Of a stretch of DNA of 41,719 nucleotides, positions 1-8,426 are shown piece after piece. The stretch is from Chthoniobacteraceae bacterium (lineage in GTDB: Bacteria; Verrucomicrobiota; Verrucomicrobiia; Chthoniobacterales; Chthoniobacteraceae): positions 1-41,719 of the forward strand of contig JANNWY010000110.1 of assembly GCA_031409335.1 (NCBI GenBank). The letters are read 5' to 3'. Below the pieces are notes generated by a model. The model was not told the origin of the DNA. It was given only the letters and a program-made list of their open reading frames with translations, and searched no databases. A program made the translations under genes and the position numbers. Numbering within the stretch: position 1 is the stretch's first letter; each line of letters opens with the position of its first letter.

Positions 1-140
1 TATCGAACTGCTCCTGGCCTTGCTCAACCTTTGCAGCTTGTTGTGCTCTACCTTGGTCAACTTAATCAGTGGTGCGACTCGCATCCCGCGACTTTACTCA
101 CTCTAGGATAATGTGCAACCCGTAAGACGGACTACACTAG
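1..140 (-). mobile_element. Left end of an IS630-family-like insertion sequence, running off the window edge
   Basis: The minus strand from ATG at 84 reads MRVAPLIKLTKVEHNKLQRLSKARSSSI, resembling IS630 transposase N-termini (MRVAxxIxLTxxExxxLxxLxRS). GACGGACTACACTAG at 126-140 ends in CTAG and resembles IS630 terminal repeats. Only 28 codons are visible. Confidence 0.6.
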
Positions 141-181
141 GCGAGATTCTAGAATCGACCCCGCTTGTTACTGCAAAGATG

Positions 182-280
182 GTGTGGAGAAGCAACCAGT
201 GGCATCAGGGCAACGTGCCCGCCGGATTGACAGATATGAAAGCGATTGCCGCGAGTCGGGAATACACCGTCGCGCTGAGA
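182..280 (+). pseudogene. Degenerate single RCC1-like repeat fragment
   Basis: Within ORF 113..364, VWRSNQWHQGNVPAGLTDMKAIAASREYTVALR follows the bacterial RCC1 repeat pattern (WGxNxxGQxxVPxGLxxVxAIAAGxxHxxAL), with several glycines lost. Confidence 0.45.
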
Positions 281-394
281 CGGAGCAAACTACGATCGGG
301 ACGGTCGTTTTGGGAAATGAAGCTGCGAATAAACCTACTCTATATGCGTATTGAAAGAAACTAACGGAGACGCCATCCTGTTCAAAGTATCTAT

Positions 395-2361
395 ATGCAA
401 ATTCAAGAACCAACGGATTGGAAATCTTTTGAGCGCCTCGTCTGCGACCTGTTTTCTCTAAAAGGATTTAGTACGCTGCATGACGTTAGAGAGGCGGGTC
501 GCAGAACGATGTTATATTAGTAAGTGCTGAAGAATATGTCGGTCGAATACTCGTAGAGTGCAAGTACCACGATTCGGATTCAGAAACAAAGGTCGGGGTC
601 AAAGAAGTCGAAGAATTTGCCAATAGAGCATTACGTTTGCGCTTAAGCGGCGACTTAAATGCCGCTTACCTGGTAACCAATGGCGAGTTCACCGCTGATG
701 CAAAAGGAGCTTTTGCTGGCCGTCCTGAAAGCAAGTATCTGTTTCTTCGAACGTATCATTCACTCATTTATCAACTTATCAATTTCAAGCCATGGTATCA
801 GCGATTCATTCAGCAATATGAAAATTCGCAGATGGTTGAGCGATATGAACCGCTTAACATAAGATATCAGGACGGCAAAGAAACTGCGCGGCTCGACACC
901 TATTTGACACGCTTTTTGGAGGACAATGGGCGAATTGTTCAAGTAGTGGTGGGCGATTACGGAACGGGAAAGACGACGTCAGTAAGTCATCTTTTTTACA
1001 CACTCGCTAAGGCCGCTATTCAGGAAGGCTACGTAGGGCGGTTGCCCTGCCTTATCCCCCTCCAGCGTTTCAATTTTTCCGGCACTTCCCCATCGCTGAT
1101 ATTGGATTGGCTCGCCAGCAGCGTGGGGGTGCGTAATGTTCTCTATGACTCGTTTGACGCGATGAATAAGGCGGGTCTCTTAACGTTAATTTTGGACGGG
1201 TTTGACGAAATGGCGAAGAGAGTGACGCGGCAGGTACGGGAAGAGTGTTTTCGTGCGGTGGGTGATCTCAGTCATGCGCGTAACAAAGTGATTTTGACGG
1301 GGAGACCGGGATTTTTCCCCGATCACACGCAGATGCTCGCAGCGGTCGAGTTGGCATCAAGCGCTGACTTCATGCCTGGTATCCTTCGCCGCAACAAGCT
1401 GAGAAGTTCCGTGGAAGTAGCTAATATCGAACCGCTTTCAGATAGCCAAATACTTTCTTTTCTCTCAAAACGCTGCGAGGGAGAACAACCGGGCATCGTA
1501 TCGACGAAAGTCACTGAACTCTTCAAAAAGCTAAAAGCTATGTACAACCTCAAGGAGTTGGCCACGCGTCCGATCTTACTTGAAATGATCGCGGCTCGAT
1601 CTAGCGACATCGCGAGCGGTACCGTCGGAAATGTCGCAGATTTGTATGCTCTCTATACAACTGAATGGCTAACTGCCGATGCCAAAAAGGGAGGGTTCAG
1701 AACTCTCATTACTCCCGAAGACAGGCTTCCATTCTCAATTCGTTTAGCTTGGGGAATGACCGCAGATGGTCTTAATGCAGTGCATTTCTCGGATCTTCCA
1801 GATGTAGTGGCGCGCCACTTTGGTTTGGAGGAGCAAGAAGATATAGATCATTTTGCCAGTGATGTTAGAACATGTACCTTTCTTATTCGCACTGATGACG
1901 GAGACTATTCGTTCGCACACAAGTCGTTTCAGGAATACTTTTGCGCGCGGTATGTTGCCTGCGTGAATAGTTTGGATGAGATAAGGATAGAGCGTTATGA
2001 CCTCGATCACACCGAGATGGAACGTATTAGCGATCTCTACGACCGATCGCCTAACACTTTCTTGTTTTTGGGGGGTATATTAAAATGTCCATTGTCGCCC
2101 GTGTTTTGGAAGAGACTGGCTGCTGGCGAGGACGAATTTGGGGCGGCAATTGATGAGCAATGTCCTGGATTTGAAGACAGTGGGTCGGTAGTGGAAGCAC
2201 TTGCTTCGGGCGATATTCCGATTGAAGAGATCTCTGAGATAATTGATTCAGCCAGGATTCTGCTCGCCGGATTGAAACGAATGAGACGTATTTTTTCTCG
2301 CGACAAAAAAGTGCGCGGCTGGAAGGCAGCGTTGGTGAAGGATGTGGCGGAATGGTTGTAA
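395..2361 (+). CDS. Mrr-like PD-(D/E)xK nuclease fused to a NACHT NTPase (NLR-like defence candidate); frameshifted near 500, intact ORF portion called at 637..2361
   Basis: ATG395 gives MQIQEPTDWKSFERLVCDLFSLKGF...AGR, which stops at 518-520. The -1 frame (open 484..2361) continues QNDVILV...ILVECK...VGVKEVEEF...LVTNGEFTADA. NACHT motifs follow: Walker A GDYGTGKT, Walker B LILDGFDE, ILTGRP, RPILLEM, YSFAHKSFQEYF. Confidence 0.85.
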
Positions 2362-2473
2362 GACGTTGAGGAAGTATTGAACCTACCTCGGATGCTGTGA
2401 TCGCGTTAATGTCGACACGAGAAATAGTGGCGTGGCATTGTTTGAATCCGTTCGCTGGCTGTTCCGGCGCATC

Positions 2474-3343
2474 TCATCGCCACAGCACCTGGCCGACAAA
2501 CTCAGACAACGCCGCTGTCGCGGGATCGTCCGGCAAACCAAGATTGTCGTTGAGCCTGCTATGGTTCGTCTCCTTCGCGCCGAACACCGTGGTGGCGATG
2601 CCTGCGTCCTTCAGCACAACACCCAGACGCTGCGCCTGCGCGCTGGTGTCGGGATGATCGGCCACATGCAGGATGAGGAAGGGCGGGATGCCTTTACCCC
2701 TGGCGATATGCGTGACGGCGGAGAAGTCTTGGTGGTTCTCGGGAGTGTTGCCGAATTTCTGACGGTGCCCATTCGTCGGCGGCGGAAATCCATGCACGCG
2801 CAGACGGGTCTCGGCGGTCTCGATGATCGCGGGCACATCATAGGTGTCGCCATCCACCGGCACGCAGCCGAGGAGCACATCGAAGGAAACGCCCTCGGCC
2901 TTCAAGTAGCGGTCATCGGTGCAAAGGATGGCCGCAAGCTGTGCGCCCGCCGAATGTCCGCCAACGAGCACGCGCTTCGGGTCGCCGCCATATTCGGCGA
3001 TGTGCTTTTGCACCCAGCCGAACGATTTCGCCACATCGCGGATGAGCGTGCCCATGTCCACGCCGGGCAGCAGCCGGTAGTTCGTGGAGACGAACACGAA
3101 CCCTTGATCCATGAACCACTGCGGCTTGAGCTTCACGTCGCTCTTGTCGCCCGTCTGCCAGCCACCGCCGTGAATCCAGAAGACGACCGGGAGGTTTTTG
3201 GCGTTCGGTGGTGCATAAATGTCGAGCACTTGCCGCTCGGAGCCGTTCTCGACGTAGGGGATGTCGCTCTTCGTGGGTGTGGTCTGCGCCTGGACTTGCG
3301 AGAGAAGCGCGGCAGCGATGATGAGTGCGGTGAGGTGTTTCAT
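2474..3343 (-). CDS. Secreted alpha/beta hydrolase (HSL-like carboxylesterase)
   Basis: Signal peptide, HGGGW oxyanion motif, GHSAG nucleophile elbow, C-terminal His (ETNHS). Confidence 0.9.
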   Translation of the reverse strand: MKHLTALIIAAALLSQVQAQTTPTKSDIPYVENGSERQVLDIYAPPNAKNLPVVFWIHGGGWQTGDKSDVKLKPQWFMDQGFVFVSTNYRLLPGVDMGTLIRDVAKSFGWVQKHIAEYGGDPKRVLVGGHSAGAQLAAILCTDDRYLKAEGVSFDVLLGCVPVDGDTYDVPAIIETAETRLRVHGFPPPTNGHRQKFGNTPENHQDFSAVTHIARGKGIPPFLILHVADHPDTSAQAQRLGVVLKDAGIATTVFGAKETNHSRLNDNLGLPDDPATAALSEFVGQVLWR

Positions 3344-3384
3344 GGTGGGATTGGATGCGGTGCGGCGACGTTACCATACAAAGT

Positions 3385-3414
3385 GAAGGCGCTCCCGTTT
3401 CCAGGAGCGCCTTC
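3385..3414 (-). terminator. Hairpin, probable rnpB terminator
   Basis: Perfect 11-bp stem GAAGGCGCTCC/GGAGCGCCTTC just 3' of rnpB, followed by ACTTTGT on the minus strand (weak U tract). Confidence 0.65.
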
Positions 3415-3418
3415 GTTT

Positions 3419-3824
3419 GCGAGGGGCGATAAGCCGAATTCTGTTCCTCCACGGTTGCCCGCGGATTCGACGATCATTTCTCTCACGCCGCTTGCGCGGC
3501 GCGCCCCGCTTGCGCGAGGTGCGACTATTACCCGGGAGCTGCCGCGCTTGCGCGCGACTGGCCAGGCGCCGGCTCCCTGTTATGTCTTGCACCACATGGG
3601 GTTTTTCGTGCCCCGGCACTTGCGCGCCGGGCGGTGGGCTCTTACCCCGCCTTTTCACCCTGACCCGGTGCCGAAGCGCCGGGCGGTTTGTTTTCTGTGA
3701 CACTTTCCGTCACCCTGGGCTTTCGCCCAAAGTGCCCGCGCATTCTACGCGGCATGTTGCCTGGTGGTGTTCGGACTTTCCTCTCCGCAGGCCGGAGCCC
3801 GCGCAGCGATCGTCTGCCACTCGC
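3419..3824 (-). ncRNA. rnpB: RNase P RNA, bacterial class A
   Basis: The minus strand has the conserved GAGGAAAGTCCG (~3772-3784) and the 3' ACAGAATTCGGCTTA motif. The ends GCGAGTGGC and GCCCCTCGC pair as P1. Length is about 406 nt. Confidence 0.95.
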
Positions 3825-3828
3825 GGGG

Positions 3829-3857
3829 AAAGTGCGGCGGCGCGCGACCGCTGGCAA
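3829..3857 (-). promoter_or_regulatory. Candidate sigma70 promoter of rnpB
   Basis: TTGCCA-N17-CACTTT directly upstream of the rnpB 5' end; the -10 match is imperfect. Confidence 0.4.
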
Positions 3858-3870
3858 GCGCTCTCGGCGG

Positions 3871-5835
3871 CTAGCGCGAGATTCGGTAAATCGCGATCGT
3901 CTGCGCGGGCACTTCGATTTCGACTTCCGCGCGGCCATTCCGCCACACGATATCTGCGGGGCGCGATGGCGGATCGAACCCTGCGATCGGGACGCCTTCC
4001 AGACGATCGCCTTCGCGCAAAAGCGGCTTGCCAGTCTTTGAGACGATCTTCATCCGGTGCTCCTTTGCACGAGTCAAACTCGGTCGCGTGTTCGCATTCA
4101 CGATGATGACGGCGACTTCGTGCGGCGCGCTGTTTTCACCCGTCTGCACGTACCGGGCAAACGCGAAGATGCCGTCGTCCACCGCATCGCTCTGGCTGTC
4201 CGTCCAGATCGGGCTGATCTCGCCATCGGTCAGCGCGGGCATCTCGCGGCGCAGCGTGTTCAGCGCGGCGATGGTCTTAAAACCCGGCGTCGATCGAGCG
4301 GTGTCGAAGCCATCGTTTTTCGCGGCGGAAAAAAGCGTGAGTCGGCCGGTTTCACTGTCACGCCCTGGCTTGCCGACGTGGTCCTGCAACGCCGTTTCCG
4401 TTCCGTAGTAAAGGCACGGGATGCCCTGCACCGTCAGCGTCAAGGCTTGCGCGAGGAGGTTTTGGCGTTCGCTGATTCCGGCGACACGGAAGCGATTCAA
4501 GCCATCGTGATTTTCCACGAAGTTCACGATCTTCTGTCGCGAGTCGAGGCCGTCGAGGCCAGGTGCGGTGTTGTAGTTTTCGCGATCACCCTGCTTCGCG
4601 GACAACGCTTTGATCGCGCGCTCCAGCGGGTGCGGATCGCCGGATTGCCCGGCGGTCGCGCGGAGGAATTCGCGGGTCGCGAAACAGAACGTAAAATTCA
4701 GCAGCGAATCGAGGCACGGCTCGCGGCGCTGCGGGTAGTCGGTGCGATAGGTGTAGTCGCCGAGCTTGGTCGCGTTGCCATCGTACACTTCGCCAAAAAG
4801 CAGCAGCCGCTTCGCGCGTTCGGGACCGACGCGCCTGCGCAAACGCTCGGTGAAGGCATCCCAGAATTCGTGATCGACGTGTTTCACGGTGTCGATGCGC
4901 AGCCCGTCGATGCCGATGTCCTCAATGTAGAATGCGTAGATTTCCACGAACTCATCCACCAGCCGATCGAAGACCGGCGAGCCCGGCGCGGTCGCAAAAT
5001 CGCGCAGCGCAAAGAAGTCGCACTTGCGCTCGGTGCCGTCGGATTTTCCGAGGCTGTCGTCGGAGAAACCCTTGCGCCCGTAAGCGTCGAATTGCGCCAG
5101 CGCGCCGGATGTTTTCACCGCGTGGCCGAGAATGGTCTGCGGCCCGCCAGGCCCGGTGCGCACTTGATTCCACGCCGGATTGTCCGCCCACGCCGCGTTG
5201 TCGTAAATGCCCTCCACCTTGAACGGCTGAATCCATTCCGCGCGCGCATCCGCATCAAATCTCCCGTTTCCATTCACATCGTAGAAAAACACTGGCCCCG
5301 CGTGATTGCACACCACGTCCTGGATCACCTTCATCCCCTGCCCGTGCGCGAGCGCCACGAAATCCCGGTAGTGCTGCATCCGCCCGTCGCGCGTGTCGGG
5401 ATAGTCGTGCGCGCCATCGGGCGAGCTGCGGCTCGTCCAGTGCGGATCAATATCCAAAAAATCCTGTGCCCAGTAACCGTGATAACCCGTCTTCGCGCCG
5501 CCGAGATCGTAGGTGGAATTCCACACATTTTTCACCGGTGGCGAAAGCCACAGCGCCGTCACCCCGAGGTCGCGGAAGTAGCCATTTTGCAAAGCCACCT
5601 CGATCCCGCGCAAATCGCCGCCGTGATATTTCCCAATGTCTCTCTGCGTCGGGTCGTGCAGCGCGGGGTCACTTCCCGCGGGAACATTATTCGCCGGATC
5701 ACCGTCGAAAAAGCGGTCGATCAGCGCGAAGTAAATGACATCGCGATTCCACGGACGCGCGATGTCAGCCGCTCCTGCGTGAATGGAGAGGGCAGCGCCG
5801 ACAGGCAGGAGGGTTCGCAGTATTCGGGAAGGCAT
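3871..5835 (-). CDS. Secreted GH13 alpha-amylase family glycosidase
   Basis: VIYFALIDRF, GGDLRG, YHGYW, DVVCNH, GLRIDTVKH (nucleophile), GEV (acid/base), FVENHD, GIPCLYYGTE. The start is placed at ATG5835, before a signal-like peptide. Confidence 0.92.
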   Translation of the reverse strand: MPSRILRTLLPVGAALSIHAGAADIARPWNRDVIYFALIDRFFDGDPANNVPAGSDPALHDPTQRDIGKYHGGDLRGIEVALQNGYFRDLGVTALWLSPPVKNVWNSTYDLGGAKTGYHGYWAQDFLDIDPHWTSRSSPDGAHDYPDTRDGRMQHYRDFVALAHGQGMKVIQDVVCNHAGPVFFYDVNGNGRFDADARAEWIQPFKVEGIYDNAAWADNPAWNQVRTGPGGPQTILGHAVKTSGALAQFDAYGRKGFSDDSLGKSDGTERKCDFFALRDFATAPGSPVFDRLVDEFVEIYAFYIEDIGIDGLRIDTVKHVDHEFWDAFTERLRRRVGPERAKRLLLFGEVYDGNATKLGDYTYRTDYPQRREPCLDSLLNFTFCFATREFLRATAGQSGDPHPLERAIKALSAKQGDRENYNTAPGLDGLDSRQKIVNFVENHDGLNRFRVAGISERQNLLAQALTLTVQGIPCLYYGTETALQDHVGKPGRDSETGRLTLFSAAKNDGFDTARSTPGFKTIAALNTLRREMPALTDGEISPIWTDSQSDAVDDGIFAFARYVQTGENSAPHEVAVIIVNANTRPSLTRAKEHRMKIVSKTGKPLLREGDRLEGVPIAGFDPPSRPADIVWRNGRAEVEIEVPAQTIAIYRISR

Positions 5836-5945
5836 GGGGCGAAGTTGCCACTTCGCATCCGCGCTCGTCCACACGCTTTGGGGGAGCGGGAACCTGAGCG
5901 CGCGGCTGTGGCGTTTTCGCCGAACGGATTCCCGGCAGACTGCCT

Positions 5946-8246
5946 TCAGTCCCGCGCGATCTCGCGCTTGCGCTTTAGAAATGGGTCGCTGGTGACGATG
6001 CCCGCGATCATTGCGCCAAAGCGATTTTCCGCCTTTGGCAATTCGCCGGCGATGGCGGTCACCGCGCATTTGTCGAAGTATTCCAACCCGCGTCCGAGCG
6101 CGTAGATCATCATCATTTCCGTGAGGCAGCGGACAAATTTCTTGTTCTCCTTCAACACGGTTTTCAACTCGACCGGACCATTGAACGTCCGGCCGTGCTC
6201 GCCGCGAATCTTACCCGAGGCGTCGATCGGAAACTTCCCATCCGTGTCGCGCCAAGCGCCGGTCGCATCGAAATTTTCCAGCGCGAAACCCAGCGGATCC
6301 ATCTGCGAATGGCAGCCCGCGCAATCGGGTGAACTGCGGTGCTGCTCCAGCCGCTGGCGCAGCGAAGCGGACAGGTCGGCCTTCGCGCCCTCCGGCAAGG
6401 GCGGCACGTCCGGCGGTGGCGGCGGTGGCGGAGTTCCGAGGATTTGTTCGAGGATCCATTTTCCACGAATCACCGGCGAAGTGCGCGTGGGTGTCGAGGT
6501 CGAGAGCAGCACGCTCGCCTGCGTCAGCACACCGCCGCGCGGCGAGCCAGGGGGCAGCGTCACGCGCTGAAACGCTTCGCCCTTCACTCCAGCGATGCCG
6601 TAAAAACGCGCGAGCTTTTCGTTGAGGAAAGTGAAGTTCGCATCGAGCAGCTCCGTCACCGGACGATTCTCCTTCATGATCGCCGCGAAGAAGCGGTGGG
6701 TCTCCTGTTCCATGTCGCCTTTCAGCGCGTCATCCCACTGCGGAAACGCTTCGGGATCGACCGCGATGTCATACATGTTCCGAATCTGCAGCCACTGCCC
6801 CGCAAAATTCGCCACGAATGCCTGCGCCTTCCAGTCCGCCAGCATCCGCGCGGCCTGCTTCACCACGTTGCCATCCTTGCGCAGTTCGCCGCGTTCCGCG
6901 AGGGCGAGCAATTCATCGTCCGGCATCGAACTCCATAGAAAATACGAGAGCCGCGACGCCACTTCGTAGTCCGTGAGATCGCGCACCTCGCCGGGTTTCA
7001 TCGACTCGGGATCGAGTTCCCAGCGATACAAAAATCGCGGTGAACTCAACGCCGCCTGGATGGCGACCTGCAGCCCTTCGAGGAAATCCGCGCCATCCTT
7101 CATCGCCACATCCACAAACCCCGCAAGCCGGGCAATCTCATCCTCCGTCGCCGGACGCCGATACGCGCGCGATGCGAACTTCGCCAAAATCTCCCGCGCC
7201 ATCTCGCGCTCACAACCCGGCTCCGGCAGGTGCGGGATCAAGCGCGCATGGCTCGCCGGCAGCTTCGCGTCCCCGGCCATCGGCGGACTCGTGATCTCCA
7301 CCCACTCGACAAACAAATTCCGATCCTCGCTCCCGTCGTTGAAATTGTTCAAATACGCGACCGCGACTTTCCGCGCGCCGGCCTCGATCGCGGCACGCAC
7401 TTCATATGGCTTCCCCCGGCCCGCAGCCTTCACATCGAAAATGCGCAGCTCCCTCCCATCCACGCGCAGCGCCAGCTTCGGCGGTTCCGGCCCGCCCTGT
7501 TCGCCGTAGGCGCGAACCCGGAAGGTGTATTCGCCGGCGATCGGAAACTGGAATTCGGCCACACCTTCCCCCTCGCGATAGAGGCCGAGCACTTTCCCCT
7601 CGATTGCTTTGATCGCGTCGTTCTGCGATTCAAAACGTTCACCGTCGATTCGCTTCACGCGCGGCTTCGGCGCGGCTTCCAGCACGATCGCCCGGCTCGC
7701 GATCGCCTCCGCGGCGGACATGAATTTTTCCATCAAAAGCGGCGGCAGCGAGAGCACGTCGGCGATGTTGTCGAAACCGTATCCGACCTCGTCGTTCGGA
7801 AATTCTTTTGGCTCGTAGTCCACCTGCAACAAGTCGCGAATCGTGTTGCGATACTCCTCCCGGTTCAAACGGCGGATCGTCACCTTCCCCGGATTCCGTT
7901 CGAGATTGCAGTCCACTTGGGAAAGCAGGCCGTCCACGTGTTTCACCAGCCGCTCGCGCTCCGCATCGCTAGGCTGCGGCTTTTTCTGCGGTGGCATCTC
8001 GCGCGATTCGAGCGCCTCGACAATCTTTTCCCAATCGGCGCGATGCTCGCCCAGATTTGGCTTCTCCATCAGCGGCAGCAAATCCAGATCTCCCTTGTGC
8101 TTTTCCGGGTTGTGGCAATCCGCGCAAAACTCCTTCAAGAGCGCCTGCACGTTTGGCGCGAGCGCGATCTCCGCTTTCACCGGCTCATCCGCAAAAAGCG
8201 CGGCGGCGGTGAAACACAAAGTAATGATTGCTGCTAAAACCTTCAT
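5946..8246 (-). CDS. DUF1592-family (PSCyt/PSD domains) cytochrome c-type protein with a CBM-like insert
   Basis: CADCH and CAGCH heme motifs, RRLNREEYRNTIRDLL, GFDN, ASRLSYFLWSSMPDDEL, TSPVIRGKWILEQILG, YALGRGL. The start is placed at ATG8246 (signal peptide). Confidence 0.9.
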   Translation of the reverse strand: MKVLAAIITLCFTAAALFADEPVKAEIALAPNVQALLKEFCADCHNPEKHKGDLDLLPLMEKPNLGEHRADWEKIVEALESREMPPQKKPQPSDAERERLVKHVDGLLSQVDCNLERNPGKVTIRRLNREEYRNTIRDLLQVDYEPKEFPNDEVGYGFDNIADVLSLPPLLMEKFMSAAEAIASRAIVLEAAPKPRVKRIDGERFESQNDAIKAIEGKVLGLYREGEGVAEFQFPIAGEYTFRVRAYGEQGGPEPPKLALRVDGRELRIFDVKAAGRGKPYEVRAAIEAGARKVAVAYLNNFNDGSEDRNLFVEWVEITSPPMAGDAKLPASHARLIPHLPEPGCEREMAREILAKFASRAYRRPATEDEIARLAGFVDVAMKDGADFLEGLQVAIQAALSSPRFLYRWELDPESMKPGEVRDLTDYEVASRLSYFLWSSMPDDELLALAERGELRKDGNVVKQAARMLADWKAQAFVANFAGQWLQIRNMYDIAVDPEAFPQWDDALKGDMEQETHRFFAAIMKENRPVTELLDANFTFLNEKLARFYGIAGVKGEAFQRVTLPPGSPRGGVLTQASVLLSTSTPTRTSPVIRGKWILEQILGTPPPPPPPDVPPLPEGAKADLSASLRQRLEQHRSSPDCAGCHSQMDPLGFALENFDATGAWRDTDGKFPIDASGKIRGEHGRTFNGPVELKTVLKENKKFVRCLTEMMMIYALGRGLEYFDKCAVTAIAGELPKAENRFGAMIAGIVTSDPFLKRKREIARD

Positions 8247-8426
8247 GAATGGAAGCTGGGACAGACAGTCGAATCTATCATCAAAGCCTCCCGACGTTAG
8301 CGAGTGTTTGAAAAATCGCACGGGATCGCTGGATTTGGGCGGCAATGGTTTGACGCGAACCGTCACCCTTCCACGGCTTGCGTTTGCACGTCGCCCTTCT
8401 ACATTTGCACCAGTAAAATTCGCCTT

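Noticed and set aside
484..520. Programmed -1 ribosomal frameshift in the nuclease-NACHT gene
   Set aside because: No slippery heptamer or obvious stimulatory structure is visible. A one-base deletion or a sequencing error is simpler.
3371..4106. ORFs overlapping 3419-3824
   Set aside because: The region is explained by the RNase P RNA gene.
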